Assembly (NCBI GenBank): GCA_044892525.1
Contig: CM097885.1
Location: 235,602,001 to 235,666,000 of the forward strand
Direction of reading: 5' to 3'
Source: Schmidtea polychroa
Lineage: Eukaryota
DNA length: 64,000 nt
In this document: positions 10,667 to 20,336 of the stretch, one piece after another
Position numbering within the stretch: position 1 is the stretch's first letter
Layout: every line of letters begins with the position of its first letter
Translations under genes and position numbers: made by a program
The notes under the pieces: generated by a model
Told to the model about the DNA's origin: nothing
Databases searched by the model: none
The model's input: the letters and a program-made list of their open reading frames with translations, nothing else

Positions 10667-13600
10667 ATGAAAACAGGGTATCCAATAAAAAATTTTTTTC
10701 TAAAAATGAATTGTAATATTTGCAATAAAGTTTTTAAAAATAAAACTGGATTAATTTCTCACTTAAAATCGAAAGCTCATTTATTAAAAGAAAATAATCT
10801 TAATGATACAAATTCAAAACTTTGTCTTAAATGTAAAGGAAGATTTCTACATTCTGGATATAATAAACATTTTGAAAATTGTATCGGGAAAAATAGAGAA
10901 ATATTTACATGTCCTCATTGTAACTTTTCAACAAAACTAAATTTCTATTATTTAGAACATATAAAAGAATGTAAAAATAAAAAACAAAATTCTGACGATG
11001 AGGAATGTCATTCAGAAGGAGAACCTGATCATGTTGAAAGAGAAAAATATAACTGGGATAATTTTAATCATATAGATGAATTTCAATTAAAAATTAATGG
11101 GCCTGCAACTCCTGGAGAATATATAAATAAAAATAAAAAAAATATTAAAAATTCTTTCACTGAAGCTTTAAAAAATTATAAACCGACAAGGTATAATGTT
11201 ATAAAATATAAAATTATAATCAAAGCAAAATACTGGCGAGGAGCAGAAGAAAAGACAACACCCTTAGATGTTGAAATTGGAATACCTTTTAAATATTTAT
11301 TTTCAATTAAAGGATTTGATAAAACCATCAAAGAAATAATTAAAGCAGCAGAAGCAAAACAAGAGGAAGTAGAAAATGAATTAGGAGATTCAAACTTAGT
11401 ATTCAACTCTTTCCAAACTTTAGTGATTGATTATTGGAGAGGATTACCACCCAATCCTAAATCTTATATTCCTACACCCTTTAAATCTAAAAATGTTATA
11501 AATGTACAGAATAATGATAACAAATGTTTCATCTGGTCAATACTTGCACATTTACATCCTCAAGCAACAAATCCCCAAAGAGTTTCAAAATACAAACAAT
11601 ATGAAAATGAATTAATATTTCCCAAAGGATTCAAACACCCAATGAAACTAGAAGACATTCCAGAATTTGAAAAATTAAATAATCTTAAACTTAATACTTA
11701 TGAACATGTTATAGGGAAAGAAATTATTCCAATTTATATTTCAGATAGTGGAACCAAGGATAACGGAGCACAGGATAACGAGATATATCTTTTAATCTTG
11801 GAACAAGAAAATAATCAACATTATGTTTTAATAAAAAACTTTCAAGCTTTTATATCTCCAGAGAATCCAACTAGTGGAGGAGGAACATGTAAAAGATGTC
11901 TTCATTATTCAACAACTAAAAACTCTATGATTAAACATACAAGATTTTGTGAAAAAGATGATCCAGCTTTAATTAAAATGCCTAATAATCCCAAGATGTA
12001 TTTTAAAAACTTTTCAAATTTACTACAAACAGTTGGAGTTCTTTATGGTGACTTTGAATCTATAAACCATAAACAAGATTTGGTTTATCAATATTTAAAA
12101 ATAATAGAAAGAAATAAACTCATGGATTTATGGAACTCCTCAGGAGAGAAGATGAAACCAGAGAGGATGAAAGCCTTTCTAAGAAAAAGAAATAAACCTA
12201 ATAGTGTTAAAAAAACTAAACAATTACCATCTGCTTATAAATTATTATTTAAAAGTAATTATCCTGAACTCATAGAATCTAGAGAATATTCAATTCTAGG
12301 AGGTACCCCTGAAGAAGTCTTGAATCATTTTACTAAAAATATAAATGATCTAGAACATGAAATATTTAAAATATTAAAAACAAAGTATCCTCAAAATATT
12401 TCTAATCAACAACAACAAGAATATGAAAATACTTCCAACTGTTGGATGTGTAAACAGAATATTCTTCCTGATGAAAAAGTTATAGATCATGATCATTTAA
12501 AAAAGGAAAATAATTATCGAGGAGCAGCTCATAAAAATTGCAATCTTAATTGCCATACTCCTAAATTTATACCTGTTATATTTCATAATCTTTTTGGATA
12601 TGACATACATCTATTTATTAAACACCTCGCAGCAAATGCTAAAAACTCTTTCAAAGTTATCGGCTTAACAAAGGAAAAATATAAATCAATTGAATATGGA
12701 AAATTAAAATTTATAGACTCGTTAAACTTTCTCCAAATGTCTTTAGATGCAGTAGCAAAAACAATGAAACCAGAAAATTTTAAAATCACTCGAGAATTCT
12801 TGGAAAAAAATAATATTCCTCTAGAAGAATATCCTACATGTTTAGCAAAAGGAATATATCCTTATGACTATGTTGACTCGTTTGAAAGATATAATGAAAC
12901 AAGTCTTCCTAGCCAAGAAGATTTCTATTCACAACTTCAAAAAAATCATATTACAAATCAAGAATATTCTCGAGCAAATAAAATGTGGGAATTATTCAAG
13001 TGTAAAACTTTAGGAGAATATACAAGTATGTATTTATCCTTGGATGTTTATATTCTAGCAGATTGCTTTGAAGAATTTACAAAATCTTTTGTTCTTAAAC
13101 CTTATAATTATATAACTGCACCCTCTTTAGCTTGGGATACTATGTTATATACCATTTGGACTTCAAATATAGAAGAAGGTGATAAAATTATAGATCTTTT
13201 AACTAACCTCGATATGTTTAACCAAATTAAAACAAACATTAGAGGAGGAGTCTCTTCAGTAATGGGGAATAGAGAAATAAAAGCTAGAAATGCAATAACT
13301 ACTAGCCGAAGACTATCTAAACACCCTGATGATCCATATATGAAAATTAACAATGAGGAATTAAAAGAATTATTAGAAACAATGAAAAATCCTATATTTA
13401 TACTTTATATAGATGCAACAGCTTTATATTCAGGAATTATGACTCAATTTTTACCAATGGGTGATTTCACTGAAATAGAGAACCCAACAGATGACCTTAT
13501 GAAAGAAATACTTTCAACATCGAAAGATTCTCCAATAGGTTACTTTATAGATTGCGACCTCGACTATCCAGATGATATAAAATCAGGAACAAGATATTTT

Positions 13601-14986
13601 CCTTTAGCTCCCATAAGAAGAAAGATTGATATCAACGAACTTTCTGAATGGCAAATCTCACAAGATAAACCTCCAACAATGAAACTTCTTTGTGATCAAA
13701 CAGATCGAAGGTTTTATCTTTGTCACTATAGACTCCTCCAATTTTATCTTTCACGAGGAATGATATTAAAAAAAGTTCATAGTGTCATAAGATTTAAACA
13801 AGCTCCATTCATGAAAGCTTTTATCGAGGAGAACATTAGGTGCCGAAACATTGCAAAAAGAGAAGGTAATCTTTTTAAAGATAATAATTATAAAATTTTA
13901 AACAATTCAGTCTTTGGGAAAACAATGGAGAATGTTGATAAATATACTCATATTGAACTCCTAACAAATACTACCAAAGATATTAAGCGTTATAATCGCA
14001 TGCTAGGAAAGCCTACATTTAAAAACGCACAAGTATTTTCTGAAAATCTTACTGCAGTAGAATTAAAAAATTATGAGAAAACATATAACAAACCAATATT
14101 TATAGGGTTTACAATTTTAGAACTTTCAAAATTACAAATGTATGAAACATATTATAACATCTTACAACCTATATACGGAGCAAATATATCAATGCATGCA
14201 ATGGATACAGATTCAATGTGTTTAACAATAAGAACTCATGATTTACAAAAAGATATGAAAGAAAATCCTATACTTTCAAATTTAATAAATTCATCTGGAG
14301 AACTATTTTCGTTTAAAGATGAAAAACCTTTTACTCCTATAGAAAATGGAATATTTATTCGTGCTAAACAATATTTATACGAAACATTTAGAAACCCTGA
14401 ATTTATAACTAGATCATTTATATTTAAAACTCCAGAAACAGAAGAAACCATTACACATAGATATCCTATATTTCCTAAAGAAGAAAAACCTGTAAAGGAT
14501 AACAGATGTAAAGGAATACAGAGAGTGGTGGCAAAGAATCTTTCTCATCAAGATTATATAGATACATTGAATCCAAATCATAAAGATAAAATTGATGAAA
14601 TACATCAACTTAAAAGTGAAAACCATGATATTCACTTGATAGAATCTCAAAAAGTATCATTATCAAATTATGATGATAAGAGATTCATACTAAGTGATTT
14701 AAAGACAACTCTACCTATTGGAAATAATTTAATCCCTATAATAAAAAATCTAGAAAAGTTGAATAAGTTATATGATACAAAGATTACTGATCTTGATATT
14801 TATAATGTTGAAATTATTTATCCCGAGAGAGAAATCGAGAAACCTTTATATTCTCAAGTTTTTAATCCTATATGTTTAGAACTTAAATATTTTAATACTG
14901 ATCCTGAATATATAAAAGGTCTAAGTGATAAAGAATTTAAAGATCATAAATTAATGATTCATAGGTTGGCTTTCAACCATAACTGA
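10667..14986 (+). CDS. polB: Protein-primed family B DNA polymerase (pPolB) with N-terminal zinc fingers and an embedded endonuclease VII-like segment
   Basis: 1439 aa; ExoI YGDFES, ExoII FHNLFGYD, FIDS, KGIYPYDY, motif A YIDATALY, motif B KILNNSVFGKT, motif C MDTDS; CWMC...DHDH...RGAAHKNCN insert. Confidence 0.97.
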   Translation: MKTGYPIKNFFLKMNCNICNKVFKNKTGLISHLKSKAHLLKENNLNDTNSKLCLKCKGRFLHSGYNKHFENCIGKNREIFTCPHCNFSTKLNFYYLEHIKECKNKKQNSDDEECHSEGEPDHVEREKYNWDNFNHIDEFQLKINGPATPGEYINKNKKNIKNSFTEALKNYKPTRYNVIKYKIIIKAKYWRGAEEKTTPLDVEIGIPFKYLFSIKGFDKTIKEIIKAAEAKQEEVENELGDSNLVFNSFQTLVIDYWRGLPPNPKSYIPTPFKSKNVINVQNNDNKCFIWSILAHLHPQATNPQRVSKYKQYENELIFPKGFKHPMKLEDIPEFEKLNNLKLNTYEHVIGKEIIPIYISDSGTKDNGAQDNEIYLLILEQENNQHYVLIKNFQAFISPENPTSGGGTCKRCLHYSTTKNSMIKHTRFCEKDDPALIKMPNNPKMYFKNFSNLLQTVGVLYGDFESINHKQDLVYQYLKIIERNKLMDLWNSSGEKMKPERMKAFLRKRNKPNSVKKTKQLPSAYKLLFKSNYPELIESREYSILGGTPEEVLNHFTKNINDLEHEIFKILKTKYPQNISNQQQQEYENTSNCWMCKQNILPDEKVIDHDHLKKENNYRGAAHKNCNLNCHTPKFIPVIFHNLFGYDIHLFIKHLAANAKNSFKVIGLTKEKYKSIEYGKLKFIDSLNFLQMSLDAVAKTMKPENFKITREFLEKNNIPLEEYPTCLAKGIYPYDYVDSFERYNETSLPSQEDFYSQLQKNHITNQEYSRANKMWELFKCKTLGEYTSMYLSLDVYILADCFEEFTKSFVLKPYNYITAPSLAWDTMLYTIWTSNIEEGDKIIDLLTNLDMFNQIKTNIRGGVSSVMGNREIKARNAITTSRRLSKHPDDPYMKINNEELKELLETMKNPIFILYIDATALYSGIMTQFLPMGDFTEIENPTDDLMKEILSTSKDSPIGYFIDCDLDYPDDIKSGTRYFPLAPIRRKIDINELSEWQISQDKPPTMKLLCDQTDRRFYLCHYRLLQFYLSRGMILKKVHSVIRFKQAPFMKAFIEENIRCRNIAKREGNLFKDNNYKILNNSVFGKTMENVDKYTHIELLTNTTKDIKRYNRMLGKPTFKNAQVFSENLTAVELKNYEKTYNKPIFIGFTILELSKLQMYETYYNILQPIYGANISMHAMDTDSMCLTIRTHDLQKDMKENPILSNLINSSGELFSFKDEKPFTPIENGIFIRAKQYLYETFRNPEFITRSFIFKTPETEETITHRYPIFPKEEKPVKDNRCKGIQRVVAKNLSHQDYIDTLNPNHKDKIDEIHQLKSENHDIHLIESQKVSLSNYDDKRFILSDLKTTLPIGNNLIPIIKNLEKLNKLYDTKITDLDIYNVEIIYPEREIEKPLYSQVFNPICLELKYFNTDPEYIKGLSDKEFKDHKLMIHRLAFNHN

Positions 14987-15080
14987 AACCAACGATATTT
15001 AATTTTTTAATAATAAAATGTCGACAATTAATTTAAGCAACTATAGCAACCTGATCTACTTTTTTAAAAATACACCCATT

Positions 15081-15701
15081 TTATAAGTAAGAATTCTTTA
15101 ACCATTTTTCTCGAGATGTTTTTTTATTACTTATAACATTAGCCACCATGCCCTCCCTTTTTAATCTTATAACCTCATTCTTTATATCTTGTATTATTTG
15201 ATTTGATTTCATTATTTCTTCGTCTGTCAGGATTCCATCTTCCAAAGCTTTTAATTGAAATAAAAATAATTTAGAGATTCCTAATTCTATTGATAAACAA
15301 ACTTCTCTATATAAACTTTTCTTTTTAGAAGTATAAGATAATGAAACTATTTCAGTTAAGAAACCATCAGCCACAGAAATACTTCCAAGTATTACAGGTG
15401 CAAGAGTAACAACTGGTAAAGTTATGGGTAAAATAACTGTTAATATTGCAGATGCAAATCCTAAAGAATAACCTATAACTTTTAAAACTGTATTCCCTTT
15501 ATTCCATCTATTTTTAATTTTTTTATAATGCTTTAATAAATCTTGTAAATGTAAGGTTTCTGATTTAAATTCTTTTACTCTCATAATTTCAAGTTCTGTG
15601 GGAGCCGAGGCCTTGGAACCTTTGTGACCTTCGGAATAATATCCTGATGATCTCAATTCTGGGTAAATTTTTTCTTCTCTTACTTCTTCCTTTTTAATAA
15701 T
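15081..15701 (-). CDS. Polinton/adintovirus membrane protein ('gasderminX'-like); start codon uncertain
   Basis: Long hydrophobic hairpin (VIGYSLGFASAILTVILPITLPVVTLAPVILGSISV) followed by KALEDGILTDEE; the frame stays open upstream of 15656 through IIKKEEVREEKIYPEL. Confidence 0.65.
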   Translation of the reverse strand: MIKKEEVREEKIYPELRSSGYYSEGHKGSKASAPTELEIMRVKEFKSETLHLQDLLKHYKKIKNRWNKGNTVLKVIGYSLGFASAILTVILPITLPVVTLAPVILGSISVADGFLTEIVSLSYTSKKKSLYREVCLSIELGISKLFLFQLKALEDGILTDEEIMKSNQIIQDIKNEVIRLKREGMVANVISNKKTSREKWLKNSYL

Positions 15702-16711
15702 TAAAAAAATAAGACTTTATTCTTCTGAGCACCATCTGGCACCAATACTCGGATATCAAAAGAAACTCTTGTTGAGAGGATATCTTTATACAATTCTCTC
15801 AATGCTTTACGAACTTCATCAGCATCAACCTTTTTTTCATAAAATATTAAATCTATATATTGTACAAGTGAACTAGAAAAATGAATATTCTTACTTTTAA
15901 CTTTATGTAGTCCATGTGAATGAGTATTAACATACCAATCTCCGTGTGGTAAATAATAACTAGTCATTATAACATCACCCTTTTCAAGCTTACTATTATA
16001 ATCACATTTCACAAACCATTTCATTCTTTCATTATCATCATCAAACAAAAAGAAATAAGGATCAATAATTTTTACAACCATAAAAACACCCCATTCTTTA
16101 CTGTTTGTTGTTATTAAACTTGGTTCTATAAAATGTTTATATGTATGGGGTAATAATGTTTTATTCTGTTCTAATTCAGCAGCTCTTTTTCTAATACTAT
16201 GTGTGGTGTTAATGTGTGTTCCATGAGACTCTAAATTTGAAATTCTTTTATTAAATGATGTAATCATCTCATTTATTATTTTATATATTGTATTAAATTT
16301 AGTATTCATAATTTGTTTATCTTTAGAATTTAATATAGCAGTATTTAACTTTACAACTTGTTCAGTTAACAGGCTTTGTAACTTGTCAAATTTATCATTA
16401 AATCGTTGTTCGATATTATTAAGCTTTGATTCCATTGAATCCATTTTTGTTGTTAATGAACTTTCAATTCTTGTTGTTGTTAAATCAGTATATTTTTTAA
16501 CACCATCTACATATTTCTTATTAACTGCATCAGCTTCATCAGTTGGAAAAGATAATTCTTTTATCTTGTGTCCATTTAAAATTAAATCACCCTTCATTGA
16601 ATCACCTCTTTCATTAATATATTTATTTTCTGTTAAAGTTAATATTTCTTCTGTATTAAACCCTGTTTTTATTGTTCCACCACCTCTATTACATGGAATA
16701 TAAGAACTCAT
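15701..16711 (-). CDS. Putative virion fibre/spike protein
   Basis: GDSMKGDLILNGHKIKELSFPTDEADAVNKKYVD is the fibre-anchor-type motif seen in phage and polinton fibres, followed by a heptad coiled coil and a beta-rich C-terminal domain; adjacent to the penton gene. Confidence 0.6.
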   Translation of the reverse strand: MSSYIPCNRGGGTIKTGFNTEEILTLTENKYINERGDSMKGDLILNGHKIKELSFPTDEADAVNKKYVDGVKKYTDLTTTRIESSLTTKMDSMESKLNNIEQRFNDKFDKLQSLLTEQVVKLNTAILNSKDKQIMNTKFNTIYKIINEMITSFNKRISNLESHGTHINTTHSIRKRAAELEQNKTLLPHTYKHFIEPSLITTNSKEWGVFMVVKIIDPYFFLFDDDNERMKWFVKCDYNSKLEKGDVIMTSYYLPHGDWYVNTHSHGLHKVKSKNIHFSSSLVQYIDLIFYEKKVDADEVRKALRELYKDILSTRVSFDIRVLVPDGAQKNKVLFF

Positions 16712-16735
16712 TTATTAATAATTTAAAATGAATCT

Positions 16736-17500
16736 TCAAACCTGTTTCAAATGTAAATACATTGAAATCTCTTCTCCATTAAAATCAATCAATTCTCCTT
16801 CTTGATTAAGAATTTTAAAATTAATATCCATTATATATTTTCTACATAAAGGTAAATAATTTGGAGGATTCATTCTTTCAACTATTTTATATCCCATAGG
16901 AACTGTGTTTGAGGGAAAGGAATATAAAACATTTGTTTGTTTACCATTATTATAAGAACCTGTTATACAATCGCAATGAATATTTATTGTGTTTGTATTT
17001 ATTATTTTTATAATATGTTCTGATGTTATTATTTTATCTTCTTTTATTGTTATATCCATAGGTTTAAATCCTAAAACTGTGTGAAAGAAACAATTATCTA
17101 AAAAACTAATTTTTATATTCTTCAAAGTCATTACACATTTTGAAGTTGGTATATCCATTTTAATTTTAATACCTTCATTTGTTTTTTTAGAAAGTATATC
17201 ATTTAAATCTTTTATCTCATATGCCCCAGGTTCTATTGTTATAATTTCTGGTTTATGCCCATCACGAGTTTGAATAGTAAATTTATTATTATCTTTAGTT
17301 ATATTAAAAATAGTATTATAAGCACAAAACCATAATAGCCCCAATTCATAATTTAAATTTTGATCTAATTTAATTGAATCTTGAAAGTTTATAGTAAACT
17401 CTGATTCTTTTGAATTTATAGATAAAGTTCTTGAATATTTATCTGACATTATGTTTACCATTTTTTTTAAATTATCTTCCGGAGGGTTGTGAAGCTCCAT
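16736..17500 (-). CDS. Minor capsid protein (penton, single jelly roll; PX)
   Basis: 254 aa with typical motifs IFNIT..NNKF, IEPGAYEIKDLN, INIHCDCITGSYNNG, NQEGELIDFNGE. Confidence 0.9.
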   Translation of the reverse strand: MELHNPPEDNLKKMVNIMSDKYSRTLSINSKESEFTINFQDSIKLDQNLNYELGLLWFCAYNTIFNITKDNNKFTIQTRDGHKPEIITIEPGAYEIKDLNDILSKKTNEGIKIKMDIPTSKCVMTLKNIKISFLDNCFFHTVLGFKPMDITIKEDKIITSEHIIKIINTNTINIHCDCITGSYNNGKQTNVLYSFPSNTVPMGYKIVERMNPPNYLPLCRKYIMDINFKILNQEGELIDFNGEEISMYLHLKQV

Positions 17501-17548
17501 TTCTTTAGTAGTAAATTCATATAGTAAAAATCCTTATAGTAAAAATCC

Positions 17549-18013
17549 TTATAGTAGAGATTCTAGATCATTATAAATTTCTTGAATTATAGATTCAAAA
17601 TCCTGCGTATGCCCCTTTCCCTCTTCCTTATTCAATCTATACAAAACATATAAACTTAAAATACCACATATTTTAGTATTCAAAGGTTGAACTTGTAAAG
17701 AGTTAAAAGTATAACCATTTGTGGAATCAATCGGAGAACCCCTCAAGAGATAATCTTCAACTTCTTTAGTAGGTTTAATCCCAAAAGAATCAAAGTAGAT
17801 AGATTTCTTATATATACAAACCCAATGAGATCCTTTTTCATTTGAATTTTGATAATTGATTATTATATTCAGGGGACTCTCCAGACTTGATAATTCATCA
17901 TTCATTAATATTTTAATTTTTAAATTTAAATAATTTGCATAATCTTTTAAATCAAAATTTTTTTTTGCATTTATTCCAAATGTTTTTAAAAAATCTAATA
18001 TTGAAGGAGTCAT
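17549..18013 (-). CDS. Adenain-like (Ulp1/CE clan) maturation cysteine protease
   Basis: GSHWVC, YFDSFG and QVQ...ICG give the H-D-Q-C catalytic set. Confidence 0.93.
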   Translation of the reverse strand: MTPSILDFLKTFGINAKKNFDLKDYANYLNLKIKILMNDELSSLESPLNIIINYQNSNEKGSHWVCIYKKSIYFDSFGIKPTKEVEDYLLRGSPIDSTNGYTFNSLQVQPLNTKICGILSLYVLYRLNKEEGKGHTQDFESIIQEIYNDLESLL

Positions 18014-18035
18014 TTTGTATTTTAAAACTTCGTAT

Positions 18036-18917
18036 TTATAACTTCGTATACTTATTAAATTTATCTTTTGAAATTATTCCTTGTTTTAACAAATCTTTAG
18101 AAATCTTTAAAATATCAGAATCTAAATTATTATGTCCTGCTTTCCTTGCAGCTAATAGTTTTCTTAATTCAATAAAAAGATTGATGGGATTTGGTTTACC
18201 ATATTCACTAATTAATCCCTCTCCCTCTGTAACAACATAACCCTTTTCATTTTTATTTAAATAATTCTTTAAATCTTGAATATATTTTGCTTTAGAACTA
18301 GCTCTTATTAATCTTATTAAATTTAAATATTTTTTAATTTCTTCAACATCATCTGAAGAATATCCACAAAGTAATCTATAAAAATCATCTGTAAATTCAA
18401 AGTCTAAATATTCATTATTATAAACATTTTGTGAATGAATACGTGATTTATTTTCTGAATTTGAATATAAAGTAAAGTTTTGTTTATTAATTGTTATTAT
18501 TTGATATCCTTCAGTATTAGTATTAAATGTGGGTCTAATTGAAGGAGGTAAATCATCTCTAATTTTAGGATCAACTTTAAGAGGTTTTGTTTTTAAAAAC
18601 ATTTCTTCTTCTTCCACATTAGAAATTCTTCTGCGTTTTCTTTGATTTCTTTCAGGATGGTTTTCACTGGATTCTTTTTCTTTATCCTGCCACTCTAGTT
18701 CTTTTATTTTTTGTTTTTTATCTTCTAACTCTTTAAATTTTGCTTGCTCATTGAAATCTTCCAACTCTTTTATAGCTTTAATTGTTGGCCCCTGTTGTTG
18801 TGTTATTACCTCATTTAATATTATAGATTCAGCATGTTGAGTTGTATCTTTTTTATTATATTTATCTTGTTCTGATTGTAATTTTTTTAAAAGTGCTAAT
18901 CTTTCTTCATATACCAT
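18036..18917 (-). CDS. Conserved Polinton protein (PZ-like, probable core protein)
   Basis: C-terminal ELRKLLAARKAGHNN...ISKDLLKQGII motif typical of polinton genes; basic NLS-like RKRRR. Confidence 0.65.
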   Translation of the reverse strand: MVYEERLALLKKLQSEQDKYNKKDTTQHAESIILNEVITQQQGPTIKAIKELEDFNEQAKFKELEDKKQKIKELEWQDKEKESSENHPERNQRKRRRISNVEEEEMFLKTKPLKVDPKIRDDLPPSIRPTFNTNTEGYQIITINKQNFTLYSNSENKSRIHSQNVYNNEYLDFEFTDDFYRLLCGYSSDDVEEIKKYLNLIRLIRASSKAKYIQDLKNYLNKNEKGYVVTEGEGLISEYGKPNPINLFIELRKLLAARKAGHNNLDSDILKISKDLLKQGIISKDKFNKYTKL

Positions 18918-18939
18918 TTTAATGGTATCAAAAATGGTA

Positions 18940-19518
18940 TCATAGTTCGAAGGGCTTCAAGTATAATCCTTTACCATTTTTAGTTTTACAAAGGCATCCA
19001 TTCTTTAAAGATTTACATATTTTTTTTAAATCTTCTTTATCTTTTGAAGATAAAGATTCAGATGTAGAAATTTGATTTTTTAAAAAATCATTTAAACCTC
19101 TACCTTTATAAGGATCAAGATAGAGACCTTTGCCCTGAGACTTTTGCCGACTCCCCTCATATGGATTAAGATAGAGACCCTTTCCAACGGACACTCCCCC
19201 TTTAGCTTGCCCTACCTTCTTCATTGAATCGATTTCAGTTTGTAGTTTTTCTTTTTCTAGGTCTGTCTTTTGAGATTCTTTAGCTTTTTGAACTGTAGTT
19301 GCAATTCCTCCAGCTATTCCAGCAGCACCTGATAAACCAGCAATGATTGCAGGTATTAAAGCAGCTAATGGAAGAATACCACCTTCTTTAGCTTCGTGGA
19401 GCTTCGCTCTAACTTGTTCTTTTACATGTTTTCCAATAAAATATTTTTTACCATCAATTACTACTGATTTATTTTTATTTGAATTTATTAATTCTTGCAA
19501 AGATTCTTCAGTTGTCAT
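18940..19518 (-). CDS. Protease-processed core/membrane-lytic protein ('cupiennin'-like)
   Basis: KEGG|ILPLAALIPAIIAGLSGAAGIAGGIA amphipathic segment and three GKGLYLxP repeats. Confidence 0.75.
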   Translation of the reverse strand: MTTEESLQELINSNKNKSVVIDGKKYFIGKHVKEQVRAKLHEAKEGGILPLAALIPAIIAGLSGAAGIAGGIATTVQKAKESQKTDLEKEKLQTEIDSMKKVGQAKGGVSVGKGLYLNPYEGSRQKSQGKGLYLDPYKGRGLNDFLKNQISTSESLSSKDKEDLKKICKSLKNGCLCKTKNGKGLYLKPFEL

Positions 19519-19533
19519 TTTATAATAAACAAA

Positions 19534-20325
19534 ATGGATATTTGGAAACCAATTTTAAATAGACATAAGAGTAAATTTAATAATAAAGTATTTCCTGATA
19601 ATTTTAGATTATTAATTGTTGGTTCTTCTGGATGTGGAAAGAATGTACTTGTTTTGAGAATGTTACTTGAAGATGATTTTTTAGATTATAATAATTTAAT
19701 CTTTTATTCTACGACCATAAATCAACCAGAATTACAACTTTTGAAATGTGGATTTGAAAATAAATTAACTAAAAAAGCAATAATTGATATTTTTAAAAAT
19801 CAACATAGGTGTCCTGAAGAAGTTTTTCAACCTTGTGATATGGTTGATTGGTATAAGGAAAAGATTTTAGAATCAGATATTAGTAATAAAAATGATTATA
19901 TTTGTGAAGAAGGGCAGGAGGCAATTCAAGTTTTATTCTCTAATAAACCTGAAGATGTTTTACATTGTGATTTACTTCCTAAAGATAAAAAGAATCTAGT
20001 TATATTTGATGATGTTGTTAATATGAAAAATCAAGAGATTCAAAAGAGTTACTTTACACGAGGTCGACATAATAATTGTAATGTTATTTATATATCTCAA
20101 ACATATTATGCTTTAGATAAAAATTCAATAAGAAATAATTCCAATTGTTTTATATTTTTTAAATTAGATCGCCGTGATAAGAATATGATTTATAATGATT
20201 TATTTTCAAATGTTGAACCTGATAAGAATATGTTTGATATGTTTGTTGATAATCATTGGAAAGAAAAATATAATTATATTTATTTGGATAGAGAAGAAGC
20301 TGAAATATGGAAAAGTTTGTTTTAG
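19534..20325 (+). CDS. A32/FtsK-like genome packaging ATPase
   Basis: Walker A LIVGSSGCGKN, Walker B LVIFDD, FTRGRH, ISQ, IRNN; likely ATG at 19534 (AAAATG) rather than the TTG at 19495. Confidence 0.95.
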   Translation: MDIWKPILNRHKSKFNNKVFPDNFRLLIVGSSGCGKNVLVLRMLLEDDFLDYNNLIFYSTTINQPELQLLKCGFENKLTKKAIIDIFKNQHRCPEEVFQPCDMVDWYKEKILESDISNKNDYICEEGQEAIQVLFSNKPEDVLHCDLLPKDKKNLVIFDDVVNMKNQEIQKSYFTRGRHNNCNVIYISQTYYALDKNSIRNNSNCFIFFKLDRRDKNMIYNDLFSNVEPDKNMFDMFVDNHWKEKYNYIYLDREEAEIWKSLF

Positions 20326-20336
20326 GGCTTGTCGAC

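Noticed and set aside
16170..16200. Furin site (IRKR) implying an envelope fusion protein
   Set aside because: Lacks the P4 Arg, and the protein has no signal peptide or transmembrane anchor.
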